Below are positions 48,233 through 59,000 of a DNA stretch of 64,000 bases, piece after piece. The notes under the pieces are model-generated. The model was not told the origin of the DNA, ran no database searches, and worked only from the letters and a program-made list of their open reading frames with translations. Source of the stretch: an uncultured delta proteobacterium (GTDB lineage: Bacteria > Desulfobacterota > Desulfobacteria > Desulfobacterales > B30-G6); contig CAWGLD010000004.1 of NCBI GenBank assembly GCA_963823335.1, forward strand, positions 1-64,000, in the 5' to 3' direction. Both the position numbers and the translations under genes were made by a program. Position 1 is the first letter of the stretch; every line of letters starts with the position of its first letter.

Positions 48233-49014
48233 TGCTGCAACTGAAAGCTATCAGGAAAGTGTTCAATGCCGGGACCCCGGATGAGAAAGTTGCCATTGAC
48301 GATATCCATCTTTCATTGAAGAATGGTGATTTTGTCACCATTATCGGCAGCAACGGGGCCGGAAAAACCACCTTGTTGAACCTAATCACCGGAACCTGCC
48401 TGGCGGACGATGGCAGTGTTTTCATCGATGGACTGAATGTCACCCACCTCCCGGAACACAAACGCGCAGCCTACATGGGGCGTATTTTTCAAAATCCTCT
48501 CATGGGAACGGCTTCCTCCATGACCATCGAGGAAAACCTCGGCATGGCTGATCTGAGGGGCAGAACCCGAACCTTGCGATGGGGTGTTTCCCGGGCCCGG
48601 CGTGCGCACTACATCCAGTTGTTGAAAAAAATGAAATTAGGCCTGGAAGACCGCTTGAAACAGTCGGTAAACCTCCTTTCCGGTGGTCAGCGCCAGTCTT
48701 TGACACTCCTGATGGCAACCTTGTCGCTTCCCAAGCTGTTGCTCATGGATGAACATACCGCTGCGCTCGATCCCAAGACCGCCGTGCGGGTGATGAAACT
48801 GACGGCGGAAATCGTTCACCAGCATCAACTCACCGCCATCATGGTGACGCACAACATGGAACAGGCCATCAAATACGGTAATCGCCTGATCATGCTGCAT
48901 GAAGGCAGGGTGAAGATGGACATCCATGGCAAAGAAAAGGAATCCTTTACGGTGGAAGAGGCGGTCAAACGATTTGGTTCAACCCTCAAAGACGAGACCC
49001 TGCTGTCCTGCTGA
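48229..49014 (+). CDS. ABC transporter ATP-binding protein
   Basis: GSNGAGKT, LSGGQRQ, LLMDEHTAALDP, VTH. Confidence 0.95.
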   Translation: MMLQLKAIRKVFNAGTPDEKVAIDDIHLSLKNGDFVTIIGSNGAGKTTLLNLITGTCLADDGSVFIDGLNVTHLPEHKRAAYMGRIFQNPLMGTASSMTIEENLGMADLRGRTRTLRWGVSRARRAHYIQLLKKMKLGLEDRLKQSVNLLSGGQRQSLTLLMATLSLPKLLLMDEHTAALDPKTAVRVMKLTAEIVHQHQLTAIMVTHNMEQAIKYGNRLIMLHEGRVKMDIHGKEKESFTVEEAVKRFGSTLKDETLLSC

Positions 49015-49100
49015 CATGGCCAGAGGACCAGGTTTTTTCAATGATAAAGTAAAAGAATTGATCCGGATCTCAAAAACCAGGCAAAAAAAGAATTGCAACC

Positions 49101-50384
49101 ATGAGAATCATCACCACCCATCGAAATTCAGATTTTGACGCGCTGGCGTCTGTAATGGCTGTCAGAATTCTCTTTCCCGACGCAATTCCCGTTCTTCCTA
49201 AACAGATCAATCCCAATGTAAAGGCATTTTTGTCGATCCACAAGGATGTTTTCGATACCCATACCGTCAATGAGGTGGATCTGGCCCTGGTGGGGCACCT
49301 GATGGTCGTTGATACCAACAAATGGGAGCGCCTGGAGGGGATGGAGAGCCTCAAGACAAGAAACGATCTCGATATCCAGCTCTGGGATCATCACCCCATA
49401 CGTGGCAATATCGACACCCCCTGGATGGTCAGTGAGCTTACCGGAGCCACCATTACCCTGCTGCTCCGCAGAATCAAACAGGAGCGAAAGATTCTAAGCC
49501 CCATTCAGGCAACCCTTTTTCTCCTGGGGATCTACGAAGACACGGGCAATCTGACCTTCCCATCAACCACGGCGGAAGATGCATATGCTGCGGCCTATTT
49601 GTTGGAGCGAAAAGCCGATTTGATGGTGGCCACATCCTTTTTACGGCCGGCTTATGGTGAAAAACAGAAAGAGATTCTTTTCAACATGCTTCAGGATGCC
49701 GAACGTATTCATGTAAAGGGCCACACCATCAGTGTCTGTCACATAGATATCGACGGTCATGTAGAAAGCCTGGCGGTGGTCATGCGCATGTATCGCGAGA
49801 TATTGAATGTCGATGCCGCCGTCGGAATCTTCGCCAACAAGCAGCGAAATACCTGCATGGTCATCGGCCGGAGCCATGCTGATGAAATCGACATCGGTCT
49901 TGTCATGCGGGGTCTTGGCGGTGGTGGGCACCCTGGGGCCGGCTCTGCCATGTTGAAAGACAGTCATCCGGACACTGTTCGTGAAAAGATCATGGCCCTG
50001 ATTCAGGGAAATCAGCCGGCATCGGTTCAAATAAGCGACATCATGTCTTTTCCGGTGGTAACGGCGCGCTCCAGCGACAGTATGGAAGAAGTGGCTTTTC
50101 TGTTGCGTAATAAAGGATGTACGGGCGTACCGATACTGGAAAACGATGAACTTGTGGGGATTATCTCCAGACGGGATTTTAGAAAAATAAAAAAAGCGAC
50201 CCAGCTGAAATCGCCGGTAAAGGCGTATATGAGCAGAAATATCGTCACCATTTCTCCGGGCACGAGCCCGACCCAGGCAGCAAACCTGATGGTGAAATAC
50301 GATGTTGGGCGGCTTCCTGTGGTGCAAAACAACCGGGTTATCGGAATTGTGACCCGCTCTGATACGATGCTTTACTTTTACTGA
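49101..50384 (+). CDS. DHH/DHHA1 phosphoesterase with a CBS pair
   Basis: H...DFD, VVDT, DHH, EDTG, GGGGH, then two CBS domains. Confidence 0.88.
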   Translation: MRIITTHRNSDFDALASVMAVRILFPDAIPVLPKQINPNVKAFLSIHKDVFDTHTVNEVDLALVGHLMVVDTNKWERLEGMESLKTRNDLDIQLWDHHPIRGNIDTPWMVSELTGATITLLLRRIKQERKILSPIQATLFLLGIYEDTGNLTFPSTTAEDAYAAAYLLERKADLMVATSFLRPAYGEKQKEILFNMLQDAERIHVKGHTISVCHIDIDGHVESLAVVMRMYREILNVDAAVGIFANKQRNTCMVIGRSHADEIDIGLVMRGLGGGGHPGAGSAMLKDSHPDTVREKIMALIQGNQPASVQISDIMSFPVVTARSSDSMEEVAFLLRNKGCTGVPILENDELVGIISRRDFRKIKKATQLKSPVKAYMSRNIVTISPGTSPTQAANLMVKYDVGRLPVVQNNRVIGIVTRSDTMLYFY

Positions 50385-50462
50385 TCAATTACCAGGGGTT
50401 TTCGTCAGCCCACGCCTTGTTCTTGGGTGCGATCTGGCATTTAAACCACTTAGGCTAATCAT

Positions 50463-50975
50463 TCAGCGTTTGGTCTCATGTTGCTGAATTATATGCTGTA
50501 TTTTTTCTTCAACATAGGCGCTAAGATCCGCAATGGTTTCAGAGGATATGTACCCTATATCCCGGGCCAGGCTTTCCACTTTTTCTTCATCGATGCCTGT
50601 GACCTTGTTGACCAGAAAAGCGTCAACTTCTCCTTCTTCCAGGCATTTTCCACAGGCCCCTACAGCACCGATAAAATTATCCTCCACAAAAACCGGCACC
50701 ACAATCTTGACAATACCGGCATCGCACTCCTCAACAACCGTCTGCCGGCTGTTGCGAGCCATGACAGCCAGGTTCATGTGCGCCACTGCACAAATAAAGC
50801 TTTGGCCCTTGTCAGTCGCTTTGATCTCCGGACACAAGCGGTTCACCCAGGATTTATAAGGTGTAATCCGAATGCCTTCCGTGTTGAAGACATTGGTATC
50901 CAGCCCATATCGTTCATGAATCTCTTTCTCCAAATTCATCCATTCTTCCACCGACAAAAGATCATTCAATTCCAT
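50463..50975 (-). CDS. Stand-alone PocR ligand-binding domain protein
   Basis: Conserved Cys pattern (LC..IK...IC...ECDAG), VVPV...GAVGACG. Confidence 0.8.
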   Translation of the reverse strand: MELNDLLSVEEWMNLEKEIHERYGLDTNVFNTEGIRITPYKSWVNRLCPEIKATDKGQSFICAVAHMNLAVMARNSRQTVVEECDAGIVKIVVPVFVEDNFIGAVGACGKCLEEGEVDAFLVNKVTGIDEEKVESLARDIGYISSETIADLSAYVEEKIQHIIQQHETKR

Positions 50976-52005
50976 GTTCCATCCAATCCTTTAGTTTCTT
51001 CAATCCCTCCGTTAGCGAGACTTCCGGTACATAACCCAGATCCCTTTTAGCGGCCCCGATGTCGAACCAGTGACTTTTGGAGAGCTCGTTGGCAAGAAAG
51101 CGGGTCATTCGGGGTTCAGAAGCGATTCCAAGACTTTTATAAACACATTCCAGAACCCAGCCGATGGCGTACGCCAGACCTTTGGGAATCGATTTCCTTA
51201 CCGGAGGCTGACCGGCTGCAGCCAACAGGTGGTTCACCATGTCCCACAGATAAACAGGCTCTCCCTGGCTGATAAAATAGATACGGCCTGAAAGCTGCGG
51301 GTTTGTCATCAGCTTTTCGGCAGCCAGGATATGGGCCTGGGCCGCATTATCGATATAGGTTGTGTCGATACGGTTTTTTCCGTCACCAACCCGCCTGAGA
51401 GTCTTGGCCTGTTTGATAATTCTAGGCACAAACTGGGTGTCTCCCGGTCCCCATATCAAATGGGGTCGCAGTATGATTGCCCGCACGACATCTTTCTCAC
51501 ATGCCTGGACAACAAGCTGTTCAGCCTTGGCTTTTGTTTTCTGGTAGGAGGTCTGATAGCGACCGGGGTAGGGGGCCGACTCATCCACACCCATCACGTC
51601 GGCATCCCCGTCATAAACCACACTGGGCGAACTGGTATGAATCAGATAGCCAATCTCTTGCCGTTCGCAGGCTTCTACAATGTGGTGGGTACCAACGACA
51701 TTGGTCTCATGATATCCTTGATAGGGACCCCACATCCCGCCGGTTTTGGCCGCCACATGAAACACAAGATCCCTTTCCTGACAAGCCCGTTCCACGGCGA
51801 CCGGATCACTGATATCTCCCTGAATCTGTTCTATTCTGAGTAGATCGAGTTCCGGATATAGCTTGCGGCTCATGGATCTGACATTTGGCGTATATCCCAA
51901 AAGGCGTTTGACAATCGCTTTTCCAAGAAACCCACCGCCGCCCGTCACAAGTACCCGTGCGTCTTTAAGAGGGGTGATCCCTGCACTTGTTCCATCGGTT
52001 TTCAC
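50962..52005 (-). CDS. oleD: OleD 2-alkyl-3-oxoalkanoate reductase (3-beta-HSD-like SDR)
   Basis: VTGGGGFLG, TSSPSVV, YQKTK, RPHLIWGPGD; likely GTGA overlap with the oleC stop. Confidence 0.88.
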   Translation of the reverse strand: MKTDGTSAGITPLKDARVLVTGGGGFLGKAIVKRLLGYTPNVRSMSRKLYPELDLLRIEQIQGDISDPVAVERACQERDLVFHVAAKTGGMWGPYQGYHETNVVGTHHIVEACERQEIGYLIHTSSPSVVYDGDADVMGVDESAPYPGRYQTSYQKTKAKAEQLVVQACEKDVVRAIILRPHLIWGPGDTQFVPRIIKQAKTLRRVGDGKNRIDTTYIDNAAQAHILAAEKLMTNPQLSGRIYFISQGEPVYLWDMVNHLLAAAGQPPVRKSIPKGLAYAIGWVLECVYKSLGIASEPRMTRFLANELSKSHWFDIGAAKRDLGYVPEVSLTEGLKKLKDWMEHGIE

Positions 52006-53666
52006 CGCACTCTGGCCTCCGCCCAAACTGTCAGCTTCTCACGAAATATCTTTGAATTGTGCCGTATATCCACTGGAAATGCCTTGTGAAACAAGAAGGT
52101 GTCGATTTCCTGGGTAAGGACAGACTCTTTGGCGAGTTCCAACAGCTCTTCGATTATCTTGCGCTTGTTTTTCTTCTGACGGTTTTTTTCCAGTTCAATG
52201 CATATAACCGGTTTTTGGTTAGGGCGCGGCCTCACCCCCACCAGGGCACTTCTGAAAACCTGGGGATGACGATTGAATATCGCCTCACAGGGAATGGTAA
52301 ACAGGGTCTGGGTCTTTGTTATGATACGGTGGCTTTTTCTTCCGCAAAACCAGAGTCGTTTTTCCCTATCGATCCACCCAAGATCTCCCATGCGGTGCCA
52401 CAGACTGGTGCTCTCTTCTATTTTGGAAAGCAAGTCATCCCGTTTTCTTTCAAAATACTGGTGGGTTACCAGATCACCTTTGACCGTAATCTCGCCGATT
52501 TCACCGTCCGGAACAACCAGATCATTGGACCATTGGGGAATCATGTCGTCACTTATGCGGATGATACGTACCTTCAATCCCGGCAAAACCCGACCGACGC
52601 AGATTCCATAACCCTGTTCGCTCAACTGGCGTGTCTTTTCCAGGATCTCATGGCTCCCCATGACCGATACCGGCATGGCTTCGGTGGCCCCGTATCCGGG
52701 AAAAATTTCGGTTTCCGGTTCCAGAAGGTGACTGAAACGCTCAAGGTTGTCGGGTAATGCCGGCGCACCAGCCGAAATCACCCTTTTCAGTGATGGAAGC
52801 TTGATGTTCAGAGCCTGACCGTATCGTCCCACCCGGTTGAGCAGTGCCGGAGACGCAAACATATTTGTCACACCATGATTCAGAATCAGCTCGATAATAC
52901 GTTCAGGGTTCACCTGTGCCGGTTTGGTGGGATCCATGTCCGGTATCACGGCAGTCATACCGAGCGCTGGATCGAACAGTGCAAACAGCGGAAATGTCGG
53001 CAAATCGATTTCACCGGGCGCAATCTCAAATCGCTCCCTGATATGTCGTACCTGGGCATCGAAGATGCCGTGGGTATAGACAACACCCTTTGCCGGTCCT
53101 GTACTGCCGGTGGTAAAGAGAATTGCCGCTGTTTCGTCCTTGTGGGTTTTTGCCATTGGAAATGGTTTCCAGGGTGTTCTGCGAATATCTGAAAGCCTGG
53201 GGCCGCCCCAAAACCATCGCTTACCGACCGTTATGGACATATTCAATGATTTAAAATAACTGGGCGTGCACATACGCAATGCATGGGCCAGGGGTATACC
53301 GATAAAAGCGGTTGCTTTGCTCTCTGACAGACAGTTGAGCATTCTCTTGATTCCCATTCCCGGATCCACCACCACGGGTACCGCGCCGGTCTTAAAAAGA
53401 GCAAACGTCAGGGCAAAGAATTCAAGACCCGGTTTTAGCATCAGAATAGTCCGGGTACCCTGTTTGATACCATGTCGAATGAGGCCGTGTGCCAGGCAAT
53501 CGGACTCCCTGTCCAACTGTCGGAAGGTGAGATGAGCGTAGGCGATTCCCCTGTCCCGGTTCTGCGGCAACGGGCAAACCACAGCCCGGGTGTAGGGTTG
53601 CTTGCGTGCCATTTCCCGAAGCAGGGAGGCCACATTCACCATTCTATCTTCTGGTATTTCATTCAT
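52002..53666 (-). CDS. oleC: OleC beta-lactone synthetase (AMP-binding)
   Basis: DPGMG, FTTGSTGPAKG, DLPTFPLFALF, YGATEAMPV, WHRMGD, FPVDIRHNSKI. Confidence 0.92.
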   Translation of the reverse strand: MNEIPEDRMVNVASLLREMARKQPYTRAVVCPLPQNRDRGIAYAHLTFRQLDRESDCLAHGLIRHGIKQGTRTILMLKPGLEFFALTFALFKTGAVPVVVDPGMGIKRMLNCLSESKATAFIGIPLAHALRMCTPSYFKSLNMSITVGKRWFWGGPRLSDIRRTPWKPFPMAKTHKDETAAILFTTGSTGPAKGVVYTHGIFDAQVRHIRERFEIAPGEIDLPTFPLFALFDPALGMTAVIPDMDPTKPAQVNPERIIELILNHGVTNMFASPALLNRVGRYGQALNIKLPSLKRVISAGAPALPDNLERFSHLLEPETEIFPGYGATEAMPVSVMGSHEILEKTRQLSEQGYGICVGRVLPGLKVRIIRISDDMIPQWSNDLVVPDGEIGEITVKGDLVTHQYFERKRDDLLSKIEESTSLWHRMGDLGWIDREKRLWFCGRKSHRIITKTQTLFTIPCEAIFNRHPQVFRSALVGVRPRPNQKPVICIELEKNRQKKNKRKIIEELLELAKESVLTQEIDTFLFHKAFPVDIRHNSKIFREKLTVWAEARVR

Positions 53667-53720
53667 AGGCAGTAAGCAGTCAATGTCATTGATGTAAGGT
53701 GATTCCCGGTACCGTGTAAT

Positions 53721-53743
53721 GTAGCGCAGGTCTTCAGACCTGC
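53721..53743 (+). repeat. GTAG-type REP-like palindrome
   Basis: GTAGC-GCAGGTCT-TC-AGACCTGC, perfect 8-bp stem. Confidence 0.6.
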
Positions 53744-53782
53744 AAAAAAGCTCTGCGCTAGATCATTAAGTTAACGGCATTG

Positions 53783-53841
53783 AGCAAGCAGCAAGTTGCA
53801 AGCAGCGTATCGCTTGAGGCTTAGAGCTTCAAGCCTCAACT
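53783..53841. repeat. Inverted pair of NNNAAGC heptamer arrays
   Basis: agcaagc agcaagt tgcaagc ... gcttgag gcttaga gcttcaa gcctcaa. Confidence 0.65.
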
Positions 53842-53912
53842 TTCGGTTTTATCATCGATAGCTTAACGCTTATTGTTAACTGCTAACAGTTTTAATTACA
53901 ACAAGTTATAGA

Positions 53913-54833
53913 TCAATCTCTTAAACTGTCTTCTAACATGAAGTTACGGATGCGGTCAATGACTGTCTCTGCGGCATCCTCCAGGATATAATGACCGGCA
54001 TCCGCAAAGGTATGCACACGGGCGTCGGGAAACCGATGACGCCACTCATGGAGATATGCCTTCGTAAAAACAAAATCCTTCATGCCCCAGCAGATAAGCA
54101 TGGGCAAATTTCTCAGACGGTGCAATTCGTTCTGTACCGCTTTCACCGTTTTAAAACTTGGATCGCCTGGTTTGATAGGGATGTCTTCCACAAACTTGAG
54201 GGTTGCAATCCGGTTCTGCCAGCAGTTGTATGGCGCCAGTAGCCCCGATCTCACATCACCGGGCAGACCCTTGGTCGTTGCCATGAAAAGGGCGCTGCGT
54301 GCAAAAGCGTTGAATCCTAAAACCGCCAGTTTTGCAAAGGGCTTGACATGGCGGATCAATCGCAGCCTGAAGGGCAGGGAACGGCCCTGGGGGGGGAAGA
54401 ACGCTGCGGTGTTGAGCAGGATAATTTTATCTATGCGCTCCAAATGCCTGAGAGCATAAGCGATACCGATCATACCGCCCCAATCGTGGAGTACTAAGGT
54501 TATTTTCTCTTTTATTTCCAAGTGATGGATGAAGCTTTCCAGATCGTCGACCCGGCAGTCAAGCGTATAACCATAGTGCTCCAGGCCTGGTTTCTCTGAT
54601 AACCCACAGCCGATATGATCCACTGCGATCGCCCTGAAGTCCGGAGAGAGATCCTGAATGAGTCTGCGGTAATAAAACGACCAGGTCGGGTTGCCATGCA
54701 CCATGATGACCGGCGGTCCTGCCCCTTGGTCCACATAGTGATACTTGAACCCATTCACGTCCATAAAACGGGATTCGAATGGATACAGGTGCCGGCATTT
54801 CGATAAATCAATGGGCTTTGGTTTTATTTTCAT
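53913..54833 (-). CDS. oleB: OleB beta-lactone decarboxylase (haloalkane dehalogenase-like)
   Basis: HGNPTWSF, DHIGCG.S, HDWGG, WGMKDFVF, GHY.LED. Confidence 0.9.
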   Translation of the reverse strand: MKIKPKPIDLSKCRHLYPFESRFMDVNGFKYHYVDQGAGPPVIMVHGNPTWSFYYRRLIQDLSPDFRAIAVDHIGCGLSEKPGLEHYGYTLDCRVDDLESFIHHLEIKEKITLVLHDWGGMIGIAYALRHLERIDKIILLNTAAFFPPQGRSLPFRLRLIRHVKPFAKLAVLGFNAFARSALFMATTKGLPGDVRSGLLAPYNCWQNRIATLKFVEDIPIKPGDPSFKTVKAVQNELHRLRNLPMLICWGMKDFVFTKAYLHEWRHRFPDARVHTFADAGHYILEDAAETVIDRIRNFMLEDSLRD

Positions 54834-54868
54834 CAGCTACCCTCCAAACCTCAGACCCTCCAACCCTC
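54833..54868 (-). repeat. Family D octamer array, copy 4, filling the oleA-oleB gap
   Basis: Minus strand reads GAGGGTTGGAGGGTCTGAGGTTTGGAGGGTAGCTGA; its end equals GAGGGTAGCTGA of copy 1. Confidence 0.7.
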
Positions 54869-54876
54869 TGTTTCTA

Positions 54877-55917
54877 TCACCACTTTATTCCCAGCATCAA
54901 ACAATTCAACCCGCTACCGATACCCAGCATCCCCACCAGATCACCTGCCTTGAAAAAATCACGCTCGGCGGCGATGGCGGCTGTAATGGGCAGGGATACG
55001 GTCCCGATATTGCCCAGGTACTGAAAGGTTGCAAAATCGCGTTGTCTGGGAATACCGATGGCTCTCAGGATCGTGTCCTGGTGGGTCGAACCGACCTGGT
55101 GGCAGACAGTTCTGTCTGGTTGTTCTGCGGTAAGTGAGAGCGTCTGGCGAAATTCCCGGTATGTCTCTATACCCAGTGCGACGCCATGCTTCAAAACCCC
55201 CACAGAGTCCGTGTTCATGACCTGTTTTCCCACAGCAGATATCCCGCTGTCAGGTCCCCAGGTGCAGAGATTGTGGTGTTCGGTGGCGCATCGACAGGCC
55301 CCCCCCAGGAGTCGGTGATCTTGATCAGACAGGGACGCATCCGTCAGGAGTACGGCAACAGCCCCTGACCCGCCCGTCAGGGTGGCGACTGTCTGCTTGA
55401 ACACATCCATGTTTCCGGCGCTCAGCATTCTTTGGATGGTGCTGTCGACAATCTCACGGGCGGATTCACAGGACACCACAAGCCCGGCAGATACCTGGCC
55501 GAGTTCGATGGCATTGGCCACCTGAACCAAACCATTCAGGATTCCGAGACATGCATTGGAAACATCGTAAACCACTGTGTCCGGTCCGAGACCCAGACCG
55601 TTGGATACAGCACACGCTGTAGCCGGTTCCAGGTTATCGCGACACACACCGCCGTACACCAGCATCTGGATTGATCGGGGGTCTATGCCAGCCGCGGCAA
55701 TGGATTTTTCCCCCGCAAGAATCGCTCCCTGTGCCATCCGGAACCCCGGATCCCAGAATCTTCTTTCGCGAATACCCGTGAGGGACTCCAACTGCCCTTT
55801 CTGAAAGTGAAGCACATCGTACAGCGGCGCCAGACGCTTTTCCAGATCCGCTGACGTCACGACATTCGGCGGAAGTTCATATCCAAAGGAGGCAATACTG
55901 ACTTTTGAGTATTTCAT
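54877..55917 (-). CDS. oleA: OleA acyl-CoA:acyl-CoA alkyltransferase (thiolase/FabH fold)
   Basis: TGIRERR, LEPATA (catalytic Glu), NACLG (Cys), HQVG, GNIG, GIGSGLNC; start placed at MKYSKV. Confidence 0.92.
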   Translation of the reverse strand: MKYSKVSIASFGYELPPNVVTSADLEKRLAPLYDVLHFQKGQLESLTGIRERRFWDPGFRMAQGAILAGEKSIAAAGIDPRSIQMLVYGGVCRDNLEPATACAVSNGLGLGPDTVVYDVSNACLGILNGLVQVANAIELGQVSAGLVVSCESAREIVDSTIQRMLSAGNMDVFKQTVATLTGGSGAVAVLLTDASLSDQDHRLLGGACRCATEHHNLCTWGPDSGISAVGKQVMNTDSVGVLKHGVALGIETYREFRQTLSLTAEQPDRTVCHQVGSTHQDTILRAIGIPRQRDFATFQYLGNIGTVSLPITAAIAAERDFFKAGDLVGMLGIGSGLNCLMLGIKW

Positions 55918-55921
55918 GTTT

Positions 55922-55975
55922 TTTGGTGTTTGGTGTTTGGTGTTTTGTGTCTGGTGTTTTGTGTTTGGTGTTTGT
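55922..55975. repeat. Heptamer tandem array (TTTGGTG) x about 7 directly upstream of oleA
   Basis: tttggtg tttggtg tttggtg ttttgtg tctggtg ttttgtg tttggtg. Confidence 0.9.
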
Positions 55976-56017
55976 TTTAGGGCTAAACGCATCAATGATG
56001 ACATCGAGCTGTAATCA

Positions 56018-56060
56018 GCATCCCGGCTTCCCGGCCTTATAGCCTCATGGCCTCCCAGCT
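56018..56060. repeat. Octamer tandem array (GCYTCCCR) x5 abutting the PKS stop codon
   Basis: gcatcccg gcttcccg gccttata gcctcatg gcctccca gc. Confidence 0.7.
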
Positions 56061-59000
56061 ATCTGTCAAGCGGGACCAGCCCGATGGAAAATTGTTCCAT
56101 ATGATAGATGGGCAGCCCGTCGACTGTCAACAGGCCATCGGCGGTGAGCACGGGAAATGGCTCTTCCACCACGTTTGTCACCAGGGCAAGAAGCTCGATA
56201 TGCCTGTTTTCTGGTGTGATTTGTCCACGATAGGTCCATCGATGACGGATATCCGATTTCAAGGTAAAGCAGTGATCGTCCCCCAGATGCGGCCATCGAT
56301 CCAGGGCCATGAATTTCAGCACTTGTATCAGAGACTCCAGACCCAGCGACCCCGGGCAGACCGGATCACCCAGAAAATGAGCCTTGAAAAACCATTCCTT
56401 GGGCAGAACTTTTTTGGAGGCCCGGATGATACCGTATCCATGGGGTCCGCCTTCCGGGAAATAGGCCTCGATGTTATCGATCATGCGTATGGCCCGTCCC
56501 GGCAACACCGCATTTTCATGGACATGACCGGATAAATCGTCCGGTGCCGTGGGTGTATGATCCACCATCGCTGTCTGCCTGTTGGTCACCGAATCCTCAG
56601 GCAGGGTATAGCGAGACATATCGATCTGATGCAATCCTACCTGCGCTGCGAGAGCTTCCTGGGTAAAAAAACCGAAATGTGTCTGCCCCTGATAAATCTT
56701 CTGCCCGGATTGTAATATCTGGAAATCAAAGTGCTCGATAATCATGTCACCGGCTTCAGACACCTGGGTCAGACGCGCTCGCGTGGTCAGGGGTCCTTTT
56801 TTTGCAGGCACATCCCTGCATAGTTCAGCAATACCACCCAGATTTCTGAATCTGAGATCTTTTTCACTTTGTAAGGCCGAACCCAGGTATGCCGCCAGCC
56901 AGCCGCAGGGCTGAAGCGCAATTTCATTCAAAACGCAAAATGGCATAACAGGTGTACGGTTGGCCCTGAAAAACCAGTCACCCGGGTCGATATCCACCTC
57001 GGACTCGATCCAATCACCGGGTTTTAATACCCAGGGCTCCGGTGCAACGTCAACCACCCGGTCCATGAAAAGATAGGGCGGTCTGGGCAACCTGGCAATG
57101 AAGCGCTGTTTGTCAAATACCTGATAGGGTTTTCCAAATGCTATAGAGGGTCTGCCGAACGAGAATTCCTCCAGCAGTTTCCGACTGAATGTTCTTGTAC
57201 CGTTCTCTTTTTTTTCGGAAGGGTAGCGTTTTTCTGTGGTGATCTGCTGTGGGCCGATTTTCCAAATGCGTTCGATCTCTTCACGCGTGCCCTGGGTCAG
57301 TTTCATGGAAATACTGTCAAAATAAACAATGTACGACCCATCGGCGGTCATGTGGGCATCGGCAATCGCATATGGCTCCGGGTCATAGCCCATCTCTTTG
57401 ATGTCGATTTCATATACAACATGTCGGGTGTTCGGTGTTACCGGTCCACGGCATTTCAGCACACTTTCAACCCCCACAACCGGTTCATAGCAGGCGCTTT
57501 CATTTTCACTGATCCATCCGATACGTTGCAGAAATATCCGCAATGTGTGTGCACAGCATTCGTACATGAGCGTGCCCGGCATGACCATGTCATCGACGAA
57601 ATGACAGGTCAGGTACCAATCGTCCGGATGAATATCCGCTTCGGCACGTATCAAGCCCTTACCAAAGGTCCCTCCATAGGGGTCGAATGTGAGAACACGA
57701 TCGATGAGGTGCATGCGCCCGCCCGGCAGCCACAGAGAAGAAGCGATGCTTTTACCCTGAAACGCAGTACCAAATGCGTCCCCGAGTCGGCCTGACCTCA
57801 GGGCATCCAGGGCGGCCTCGGAAAATGTTTCAATTGTTACCGGGGCCGGATGCCGCCACTCAGCACCAAAATCTTCTTGCCTGCGAGTTCCATCCATCTT
57901 TTTAGCGACAATACCCCCGGAATTCCGCACCTCCTCCTCGGTAAAGAAGCCTGCACAGCCGTTTTTCATCTGAATGAACAGGTTGTCTTCGATAAACCCT
58001 TTGAATTTAAAGAAGAAAAGGTGCGTGTCTCCCTGACGGATAAATTTTTCGATCTCGATGTCGTAGCGAATCGTCTCGCCCGGCTGTGGCAGTCCCCTGA
58101 AAAACGTCACACAGGCATCCAGCAACCGATAGGTTCTGCGGCCCTTGACCACATGATCGATCCCCAGATACGAACTGAGGAACAAATCTGCCTGACCAGC
58201 CTCCACCGAGATACAGGCAGGCGCGCGGTTACCATCCAGATACCAGGCCTCTGGAAGAACATCGTGTTCGGTCACAATCCGGCCAGTGCCCAGAGAACAC
58301 TTTTCACCCACAAGGGAAACAACCCGATCCACGAGCATGAGGGGTTCGTCCGGAAGCCGCACCCGGGCCTGGTAGGTGTCGACCACCTGGAATTCAGGAC
58401 CGAATACCTCGGCCACAGATCCTGTAGCAAAAGTCAGACAGTCTTTCCTGGAATAAAGCGGGGTAACCCCTGATGAGGTCTGGTGCGTCCCGGGGCCTTT
58501 GGCAATGACCCCGGTTTTACGGATCTGCTTCATATGACCGGACAGGAGCTGGGCCTGCAGTGCCATGGCCTCCTGGTAGCCCTTTGTCATCTGGCTGGAA
58601 AATTCCAGGAACTGCTTGTGTGTTTCGGTGGTTGTCTGGGCATTTTCCTGAACAGACCGCATGAGGTCCCGGACTATCTGGCTGGAGACACTTTCGTGCA
58701 GCGGCCCTGAAATGGAATCCCTCCCCAACGGACGCTCGTTGGGTTCATGGATTTTCGATTTTTCCCCAGCTGAAATGCGTGAATCAATATGGCCCGGCAG
58801 TAAAGGTGGCGGCCCGGGGAAGGGCAGGGGAGCACCGACACGCAGATGGATTTGACGCGATGATTCTTTTTTGGATCCGGTTGCCGGTCCTGACAATGTA
58901 TCATCATATACCTGATTCATTTCAGGAGGATACGAAAGACCTCCATATAATTTGTCGAGATGGACACCCACTTTTGCTGCGCTGAGCGCGCCCAACAGCT

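Noticed and set aside
55918-56004. N-terminal extension of OleA (KQTPNTKHQTQNTKHQTPKN)
   Set aside because: It is the translation of a heptamer array; OleA similarity starts at MKYSKV (55917).
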